Shown: positions 1-5,404 of the stretch, in pieces
Layout: each line of letters opens with the position of its first letter
Numbering within the stretch: the stretch's first letter is position 1
IMG/VR virus record: IMGVR_UViG_2671180395_000013
Length of the DNA stretch: 5,839 bases
Origin: a virus
Taxonomy: Duplodnaviria > Heunggongvirae > Uroviricota > Caudoviricetes
Direction: 5' to 3' (one strand)
The notes under the pieces: model-generated
Told to the model about the DNA's origin: nothing
What the model saw: only the letters and a program-made list of their open reading frames with translations
The model's database searches: none
Position numbers and translations under genes: made by a program

Positions 1-270
1 GGCCACCAGCAGAGGCGGCATTGCCTTTTCGATCGCCGGTAACAGAGCCTGCATTTTTTCAACTGCATCAGGGGTGTCTTTCTCTATCCAGCGGAAAATT
101 TTCTGGGTATTGCGAGCCAGGGCTTCCGGATGGCTGTCGTCGTACAGTTCAGGAAACGTCATACCCAACTCAAAATAAGCCTGGGTTATTCCAGCTGCCG
201 GAACTTTTTCGCCATCAGGACGCGCCCAGGCATTCATCGCCATGCGGATGTGTTCATGCTTGATTTTCAT
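1..270 (-). CDS. YdaT-like (CII-analogue) prophage regulatory protein, N-terminal 90 codons only; gene continues past the window start
   Basis: Minus-strand ATG at 270-268 with a G-run Shine-Dalgarno (complement of 275-280). Translation MKIKHEHIRMAMNAWARPDGEKVPAAGITQAYFELGMTFPELYDDSHPEALARNTQKIFRWIEKDTPDAVEKMQALLPAIEKAMPPLLVA stays open to the window edge. N-terminus and overall pattern resemble Rac YdaT as I recall it (not searched). Sits directly downstream of the cro-like gene, as cII does in lambdoid phages. Confidence 0.7.
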   Translation of the reverse strand, partial: MKIKHEHIRMAMNAWARPDGEKVPAAGITQAYFELGMTFPELYDDSHPEALARNTQKIFRWIEKDTPDAVEKMQALLPAIEKAMPPLLVA

Positions 271-496
271 GAATCCCCCCTTGGTTAGAAGGCGGATTAT
301 GATCAGAATCGGGAATGACAACCGTCGGTATGTGTAACTCATATTTGAGCGCCCCGGCAGTGACTGCCTGAATTAGCAACGCCCATTTCCACGGAACGTC
401 TTCCCCCCACATGCTGACTGTGGTTTTTGACGTTCCTAGAGCGGCGGCTGTTTTAACAACTCCGCCAAAATAGCCTAATACTTCTGATTTTTTCAT
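254..496 (-). CDS. Cro-like HTH DNA-binding protein (YdaS/Cro family), 80 aa
   Basis: ORF-track frame 254..544; preferred start is ATG at 496 with GGAG 6 nt upstream (complement of 503-506). Alternative starts are ATG 508 and TTG 544. Helix-turn-helix segment GGVVKTAAALGTSKTTVSMW. Divergent from the cI-like gene; 3' end overlaps the YdaT-like start by 17 nt. Confidence 0.75.
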   Translation of the reverse strand: MKKSEVLGYFGGVVKTAAALGTSKTTVSMWGEDVPWKWALLIQAVTAGALKYELHIPTVVIPDSDHNPPSNQGGIHENQA

Positions 497-524
497 GAGT
501 CGCTCCATAAAACTGAACGCCAAA

Positions 525-588
525 AGTTTAATAATCAAAACCAAAGAAAGTCAAGAAACAAAACCATCTGTGTTTTAAAATCAAAACA
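525..588. promoter_or_regulatory. OR-like divergent control region: three operator-like sites (526-541, 548-563, 572-587) overlapping PR-like and PRM-like promoters
   Basis: Two 16-bp sites share GTTT-N8-AAAC symmetry and are 14/16 identical (gtttaataatcaaaac at 526-541; gttttaaaatcaaaac at 572-587). A weaker third copy ends in caaaac at 558-563. Spacing of 22-24 bp resembles lambda OR1-3. Minus-strand -35 TTGACT (complement of 548-553) and -10 TAAACT (complement of 525-530) would drive cro. Plus-strand -10 TAAAAT (576-581) lies 6 nt before the cI ATG. Confidence 0.5.
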
Positions 589-1226
589 TGAACAAGCAAA
601 CAATATCTGAACGCATAACCCAACGTATGCATGCGCTAAACTTGAAAGGCAAAGACCTTGTCAATGCCACTGGCGCATCAAAAGGCTCCGTAAGTCAATG
701 GATGAACGGTGGAGGAGCGCCGTCCTCGCGTTACATAAGTTCACTGGCAAAGATATTGAAAGTAAACGAAAATTGGCTTCTTAATGGAGGAGAGTTAAAT
801 ACAGGTGATTCGCTTGATCTATCTTTACCGCCGATAAAAACGGTTCCGCTACTATCACTTCAGCAGGCAGCAAGCTGGAGTGATTATATGAAAAATTCCT
901 CAATAACCTCTTGTGTGCAGCTTGTCGGAGAAATCCCGGCCAATACCTTTGCTGTTGTTCTAGAGAGTGACAGTATGTCGACATCTGGTGGTGGAGTTTC
1001 CATCCCAAATGGTTCAACAGTTTTTGTTGATCCCGATCGAATCGTACAACCAGGAAATATTGTCCTTGCCTTACCCAAAGGGACCACAACGCCTGTCATT
1101 CGCAAACTGGAGATAGAAGGGCCGGATATTCTTTTAGTCCCCACGAATCCTCGCTACCCTTCAATTATGCTGGATGATCTATCTTGCATATTGGGAGTAT
1201 GCTTTAAAATTCAACAAGATATTTAA
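588..1226 (+). CDS. CI-type prophage repressor: N-terminal XRE-family HTH plus C-terminal S24 (LexA-like) peptidase domain, 212 aa
   Basis: HTH segment DLVNATGASKGSVSQWMNG. S24 signature with candidate catalytic Ser129 (LESDSMS) and Lys173 (VIRKLE), about 44 residues apart as in lambda CI. No Shine-Dalgarno before the ATG, consistent with a leaderless PRM-type transcript. Divergent from the cro-like gene. Confidence 0.85.
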   Translation: MNKQTISERITQRMHALNLKGKDLVNATGASKGSVSQWMNGGGAPSSRYISSLAKILKVNENWLLNGGELNTGDSLDLSLPPIKTVPLLSLQQAASWSDYMKNSSITSCVQLVGEIPANTFAVVLESDSMSTSGGGVSIPNGSTVFVDPDRIVQPGNIVLALPKGTTTPVIRKLEIEGPDILLVPTNPRYPSIMLDDLSCILGVCFKIQQDI

Positions 1227-1293
1227 CCAACCTCATCTATTTGATTAACTGTATGCCATCGTAGTGATGGCGTAACAGCTGCCTGCTTAAAAT

Positions 1294-1339
1294 GTTTTGA
1301 TAAAAAAACATTGACCTTAAATGTTCGTTTTTCTAAACT
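1294..1339 (+). promoter_or_regulatory. Sigma70-like promoter with operator-like site; candidate repressor-controlled promoter of the downstream operon (dicBp/PL analogue)
   Basis: -35 TTGACC (1311-1316), 17-bp spacer, -10 TAAACT (1334-1339). Directly upstream, gttttgataaaaaaac (1294-1309) matches the reverse complement of the OR site (gttttgattttaaaac) at 13/16. Inverted repeat aacatt/aatgtt brackets the -35. Confidence 0.4.
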
Positions 1340-1518
1340 TCATTCATTCCCTCACCCCGCCCCACAGAATGCAGGGCAATACTTCGAGTTACCAGGCAGT
1401 GGTCAGGGGTTAAGTAGCCAGCCCGAGGCGTAAGAACATGACGGCAGGGTTCAACTTTAATAACTATGCAGCAGGTTTTTGTTCCGCTACCCCGGCGTTA
1501 AGGGGAAATGAGGTCAAC

Positions 1519-1671
1519 ATGGATACGCTCAATCTTGGCAACAACGAATCTCTGGTATGTGGCGTGTTCCCCAACCAGGACGGTACGTTCACCGCGATGA
1601 CGTATACCAAAAGCAAAACGTTTAAAACTGAAGCTGGCGCGCGTCGCTGGTTAGCCAGAAACACTGACTGA
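1519..1671 (+). CDS. Small hypothetical protein, 50 aa (first gene of the operon; similar size and position to Qin ydfA)
   Basis: ATG 1519 preceded by GAGGT with 5-nt spacing. Translation MDTLNLGNNESLVCGVFPNQDGTFTAMTYTKSKTFKTEAGARRWLARNTD. The ORF track offers a longer in-frame start at ATG 1438 (77 aa, GAGG 9 nt upstream). Stop TGA overlaps the next ORF's ATG (TGATG at 1669-1673). Confidence 0.55.
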   Translation: MDTLNLGNNESLVCGVFPNQDGTFTAMTYTKSKTFKTEAGARRWLARNTD

Positions 1672-2321
1672 TGAGGTTGACGATGGAATTTAAAGATTTA
1701 CCTCCTTCAATCCAGGAGATTGCAGCACACACACTTCGTCATCGTCTGAACGAACTTGAATTGGAATCGGTAACGAAAAAAGACACTGATAATATGGCTC
1801 GTAATGTGCGCGATGCGTTTACCGGATTGTATTTCTGTGCGTCTATAAATAAACACGACTCAGAGAGTGTGGCAAATAAAATTGCAGAAACGACAGCGCA
1901 AAACATCAATACGAAACCAACGGAAGAAGAAATTGATCAGTTTGCTCATGATGCTGGTTTAAAAAACAAGAAAGAAAAATCGCCATATGCGGGGAACATG
2001 TTTGTTTATGACAATCTCATCAGAATTCGTGGCGAAATTCCGGCGGAATACCTGGCAAGAGTCCATCAGGCATTGCTTAAAAATTTGGAAACAGAATTAT
2101 TTGATGGCAACACTAACGGTTTCTTCATGGTATCAGGCCTTGAGAAAGACTGGGATGCAGAAAAACGCTGGAATGTTGCTACATGGTTATTCAGTAACAG
2201 AGCCGCTGCACTGGAAGCTTCGGCATGTATTTGCGGCCTGTTCTTAACAGACCACAAATATAATCTGGATGTGTACAGTTATATTTACGCTGAACACGGT
2301 CCACTCTGGATTGACTGGTAA
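1671..2321 (+). CDS. Hypothetical protein, 216 aa, no recognisable domain
   Basis: Long open frame with enterobacterial codon usage. ATG 1671 overlaps the upstream stop; an alternative ATG at 1683 has GAGG 5 nt upstream (MEFKDL...). No TM segment and no motif I can assign. Confidence 0.7.
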   Translation: MRLTMEFKDLPPSIQEIAAHTLRHRLNELELESVTKKDTDNMARNVRDAFTGLYFCASINKHDSESVANKIAETTAQNINTKPTEEEIDQFAHDAGLKNKKEKSPYAGNMFVYDNLIRIRGEIPAEYLARVHQALLKNLETELFDGNTNGFFMVSGLEKDWDAEKRWNVATWLFSNRAAALEASACICGLFLTDHKYNLDVYSYIYAEHGPLWIDW

Positions 2322-2531
2322 TTATAAGGAAACACCAGCAGGGCCGCGGCGACCAACAGAACGATTAAAATCAATAATGCCATTATAAAGGACATTATTT
2401 AATTTATCGTCGAATGCTGATTCTGTGAGCCTCAACTCTGAATGAGTTTTTAATAACCCTGATTGCCTGAGTTGATTTACCAGGCATTCAATCTGTTTTT
2501 CAATAAGCGGATTTCTTTTTTTGTTTGGCAT
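2322..2531 (-). CDS. Hypothetical small protein, 69 aa, antisense to the operon
   Basis: Minus-strand ATG at 2531 preceded by GGAGGA (complement of 2536-2541). ORF-track frame extends to 2543. Stop codon abuts the 216-aa gene's stop with zero gap. C-terminus (RSVGRRGPAGVSL) looks like read-through of GC-rich non-coding DNA. Confidence 0.3.
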   Translation of the reverse strand: MPNKKRNPLIEKQIECLVNQLRQSGLLKTHSELRLTESAFDDKLNNVLYNGIIDFNRSVGRRGPAGVSL

Positions 2532-2858
2532 TTTATCCTCCATTGAGGTTCTGGGTTAAAAATGGAGACCAACACGCTGTCACGTGTGGTCGTGCGCCGG
2601 ACACGGATAAGAATCCGGTACTGACAGTTTACTGAAAGGATATTTCCCTGAAAAGTCAGTGCATAACGCGAAAGCGTACGGCGAAGCTCTTTCCCTTAGA
2701 AGGCTTGTCGTTAGATTTCTTCGAACGTGCGCTTCCGGTTGTGGCACTCCGCGAAATGGCGCGGCGGTAAGTATGGCGGGGTTATTCCTTCCCCATTGAG
2801 GACACCGGGTTGTCAGGTTGACCATACGCTTAAGTGACAACCCCGCTGCAACGCCCTC

Positions 2859-2908
2859 NNNNNNNNNNNNNNNNNNNNNNNNNNNNNNNNNNNNNNNNNN
2901 NNNNNNNN
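2859..2908. other. Assembly gap: run of 50 N
   Basis: Fifty consecutive n characters. Identical 15-mers cgctgcaacgccctc flank it at 2844-2858 and 2909-2923. Confidence 0.95.
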
Positions 2909-2933
2909 CGCTGCAACGCCCTCTGTTATCAAT

Positions 2934-2986
2934 TTTCTGGTGACGTTTGGCGGTATCAGTTTTACTCCGTGGCTGCTCTGCCGCCC
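2934..2986 (+). ncRNA. dicF: DicF-like small regulatory RNA (53 nt)
   Basis: tttctggtgacgtttggcggtatcagttttactccgtggctgctctgccgccc matches the E. coli Qin DicF sRNA as I recall it, with about one substitution. Lies about 175 nt upstream of a dicB-like gene, as in K-12. Ends in a GC stem plus T-run. Confidence 0.75.
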
Positions 2987-2991
2987 TTTTT
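2949..2991 (+). terminator. Intrinsic terminator forming the 3' end of DicF
   Basis: Stem ggcgg(t) 2949-2954 pairs with gccgcc 2980-2985, with an internal helix (cag 2957-2959 / ctg 2973-2975), followed by TTTTT at 2987-2991. Must be leaky, since operon genes continue downstream. Confidence 0.6.
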
Positions 2992-3160
2992 AAAGTGAAT
3001 TTTGTGATGCGGTGAATGCGGCTAAGCGCACGCGGAACAGTTAAAACCAAAAACAGTGTTATGGGTGGATTCTCTGTATCCGGCGTTAATTGTTAACTGG
3101 TTAACGTCACCTGGAGGCACCAGGCACTGCATCACAAAATTCATTGTTGAGGACGCGATA

Positions 3161-3349
3161 ATGGAAACGTTATTACCAAACGTTAATACGTCTGAAGGTT
3201 GTTTTGATATTGGTGTTCTGCTCAGTAACCGGGAGTTTACTGAAGATGCCATTAACATGAGGAAATATGAGCCTTATCTGCTCAATGATAATTCCATACT
3301 TTCCCGAATTGCTCTTCTTGAACTTGGTATTTTCGGAGAACGTCAATGA
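3161..3349 (+). CDS. dicB: DicB-like cell-division inhibitor, 62 aa
   Basis: ATG 3161 with GAGGA 7 nt upstream. N-terminal half METLLPNVNTSEGCFDIGVLLSNREFTEDAIN closely matches recalled K-12 DicB (MKTLLPNVNTSEGCFEIGV...); same 62-aa length. The C-terminal half diverges. Confidence 0.8.
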   Translation: METLLPNVNTSEGCFDIGVLLSNREFTEDAINMRKYEPYLLNDNSILSRIALLELGIFGERQ

Positions 3350-3534
3350 CTTCAGCATTTGCACTGATGATGACGGTTTTTCTTATAACGGGTGAATCAC
3401 AGAATGTGATTACCGGAATTTATGCCAGTAAAGAATCCTGCCTCCAGGCAAGAGACGAGCAAAAAATTTCTGGTGAATGCCTCCCGGTAAAAAAAGTATC
3501 GCTGTACCTGAATAACGAAACACCGGCTGGATAA
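3346..3534 (+). CDS. ydfD: YdfD-like small membrane (lysis-associated) protein, 62 aa
   Basis: ATGA start/stop overlap with dicB-like gene; GGAGA 6 nt upstream. Hydrophobic N-terminus MTSAFALMMTVFLITG followed by a polar domain with two Cys. Size and position match Qin ydfD. Confidence 0.65.
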   Translation: MTSAFALMMTVFLITGESQNVITGIYASKESCLQARDEQKISGECLPVKKVSLYLNNETPAG

Positions 3535-3626
3535 CCCTCCAGCCATATTAACACCATACCAACGGATTAAAAATGCCAGCAATGGCAGGGATTTGTTCAC
3601 CCTTAAATCTGTAATGAGGTTTATCA

Positions 3627-4871
3627 ATGAGCACTGATAAAGAAGAATTTGCGCTATATTGCGAAGCAAAAAATGACAAAGTCAGAAAACGTCTGGGAAT
3701 TAAAGGTGGTTTTTACTGGACTACAGCAAAAAAATTATCTGTTGCCATCTCCCGCTGCATTACCGCAATGGATGACAACGATTATGATGAAGACGACTTT
3801 AAAAAACCCGTTCGCGTCCATTTACCCGTTGTGAATGACCTTCCACCTGAAGGCGTGTTTGATACCGAATTCTGCAACCGATACGAAAAAGGCGGGGAAG
3901 ATGGCATTACAATGGTATTTATCGCGCCCTCTCCCTCCGTGCAGGAGAAACCAGCCAGTACTGACAATACCAACGTCAACGGCGAAGACATGACGGAGAT
4001 TGAGGAGAATATGCTCCTGCCGGTTTCTGGTCAGGAGCTGCCCATTCGCTGGCTTGCGCAACACGGCAGCGAAAAACCAGTAACGCACGTTGCACGGGAA
4101 GAACTTCAGGCATTACATATAGCACGGGCGGAAGAACTGCCGGCTGTTACTGCCTTGGCCATTTCTCACAAAACAAAGCTGCTCGACCCGCTGGAGATTC
4201 GCGACCTTCACAAACTGGTACGCGACACTGACAAAGTTTTCCCTAATCCCGGTAATTCAGACCTGGGACTGATAACTGCTTTTTTCGAGGCATACCTGGA
4301 CGCTGACTACACTGATCGGGGTCTGCTGACAAAAGAGTGGATGAAAGGAAATCGTGTTTCGCGTATCACCCGTACGGCTTCCGGTGCAAATGCCGGTGGC
4401 GGGAACAAAACCGATCGCAATCCGAATTTAGTACACACCTTCGATACGCTGGATGTGGAGATTGCAGCAGCCACACTTCCGATGGATTTTAATATTTATG
4501 AAATTCCGGGCAGCGTTTATCGTCGCGCAAAAGAAATCGTCCTGAAAAGAGAAAGTCCGTTCAAAGAATGGTCCGCAGCACTTCGCGCAACCCCGGGTAT
4601 TCTGGACTATTCCCGCGCCGCTATTTTTGCACTTATCCGGAGCGCTCACCCTGAGTTTTATCACTACCCGGGACGCCTTCAGGGGTATATCAACGCCTAC
4701 TTAACGGAGACTGATCACGAGAACCCCAGCAAGGAAACTCTCACTGCTGCACGACATACACCGGAAAAAGATATCCTGGAAGAAGTTAACCGCGAACTGT
4801 CTGCTAAGCAGGAAACAGAAGAAGAAAATGATGAAGAAAAACCGCAACCATCTTGCGCAATGGCAGAATGA
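3627..4871 (+). CDS. Hypothetical protein, 414 aa, acidic C-terminal tail (position of Qin ydfE)
   Basis: ATG 3627 with GAGG 7 nt upstream. Long open frame with a Gly-rich loop (SGANAGGGNKT) and an acidic tail (ETEEENDEEKPQPS). No domain I can assign. 3' end overlaps the integrase remnant frame. Confidence 0.75.
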   Translation: MSTDKEEFALYCEAKNDKVRKRLGIKGGFYWTTAKKLSVAISRCITAMDDNDYDEDDFKKPVRVHLPVVNDLPPEGVFDTEFCNRYEKGGEDGITMVFIAPSPSVQEKPASTDNTNVNGEDMTEIEENMLLPVSGQELPIRWLAQHGSEKPVTHVAREELQALHIARAEELPAVTALAISHKTKLLDPLEIRDLHKLVRDTDKVFPNPGNSDLGLITAFFEAYLDADYTDRGLLTKEWMKGNRVSRITRTASGANAGGGNKTDRNPNLVHTFDTLDVEIAAATLPMDFNIYEIPGSVYRRAKEIVLKRESPFKEWSAALRATPGILDYSRAAIFALIRSAHPEFYHYPGRLQGYINAYLTETDHENPSKETLTAARHTPEKDILEEVNRELSAKQETEEENDEEKPQPSCAMAE

Positions 4872-5404
4872 TAATCAGAAGAAATCTGGCAAAAGACCGT
4901 TTTACAGTACCAAAAACACAGGCGGGAACCAATCGTGTGATTCACCTTATTAAGCCCGCAATCGACGCTCTCCGGAGTCAGATGGCACTAACGAGACTGA
5001 GCAAAGAGCATATCATCGATGTTCACCTCAGAGAATTCGGCAGAACAGAGAAACAAAAATGTACCTTTGTTTTTCAACCTGAAGTGTCAGCGAAAGTAAA
5101 AAATTATGGCGACCATTTTACCGTTGACTCAATAAGGCAGATGTGGGACGCAGCGGTAAAGCGTGCCGGAATCCGCCATCGCAAATCGTATCAGTCGAGA
5201 CACACTTATGCCTGCTGGTCGTTAACAGCAGGAGCTAACCCGGCATTCATTGCAAACCAGATGGGCCATGCAGATGCGCAAATGGTGTTTCAGGTGTACG
5301 GGAAATGGATGTCAGAAAATAATAATGCGCAGGTAACGCTGTTAAATACACAGTTAAGCGAGTTTGCCCCAACCATGCCCCATAACGAAGCGATGAAAAG
5401 TTAA
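4853..5404 (+). pseudogene. Tyrosine recombinase (phage integrase) C-terminal catalytic-domain remnant; N-terminal and core-binding domains absent
   Basis: Frame opens after TGA 4832-4834; first start-like codon is TTG 4853. Contains a beta-hairpin Lys region (TVPKTQAGTNRVIHL), box II-like SRHTYACW, GHAD, and candidate catalytic Tyr in VYGKWM. Only about 183 aa against roughly 350-400 for intact integrases. No upstream frame encodes the N-terminal domains. Confidence 0.7.

Noticed and set aside
3-10. Chi-site octamer (GCTGGTGG on the minus strand)
   Set aside because: Single occurrence, expected by chance at roughly this frequency in E. coli DNA; no functional inference warranted.
21-263. 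Plus-strand 80-aa ORF
   Set aside because: Lies entirely antisense within the YdaT-like gene, which has a clear start, RBS and family resemblance. Pro/Cys-rich translation typical of a shadow frame.
781-1144. Two minus-strand ORFs (781..1089, 884..1144)
   Set aside because: Both are embedded antisense in the cI-type repressor gene, which has strong domain signatures.
1464-1664. Minus-strand 66-aa ORF
   Set aside because: Antisense to the small first cistron of the operon; no RBS and low-complexity translation.
1987-2257. ORFs 1987..2247 (+) and 2066..2257 (-)
   Set aside because: Alternative-frame and antisense ORFs inside the 216-aa gene; shorter, and with no independent start signals.
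2562-2624. 20-codon Arg-rich mini-ORF (METNTLSRVVVRRTRIRIRY)
   Set aside because: No convincing RBS. Composition is explained by GC-rich hairpin sequence. Too short to call without conservation data.
2580-2860. GC-rich structured region as a retron msr/msd or group II intron remnant
   Set aside because: No reverse-transcriptase or intron-encoded protein ORF nearby. No domain V-like GNRA-capped helix with an AGC triad found. Better explained as the DicF precursor spacer.
2580-3050. Minus-strand 156-aa ORF spanning the N gap
   Set aside because: Frame is kept open only through the run of Ns. Translation is Arg/Pro-rich low complexity, and it runs antisense through DicF and its terminator.
3546-3575. 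Weak hairpin (tgcca-gcaa-tggca) between the ydfD-like and 414-aa genes
   Set aside because: Five-bp stem with no downstream T-run on the plus strand. The minus-strand reading has a T-run but no gene to terminate. Not a credible terminator.
3022-3669. Minus-strand ORFs 3022..3258, 3173..3364, 3397..3669
   Set aside because: Antisense to the dicB-like and ydfD-like genes and the DicF-dicB spacer. The plus-strand genes have RBSs, coupling and family resemblance.
3649-4945. ORFs 3649..3834 (+), 3782..3991 (-), 3822..4088 (-), 4428..4664 (-), 4715..4945 (-)
   Set aside because: All are nested in or antisense to the 414-aa gene. Cys/Ser-rich translations typical of non-coding frames.
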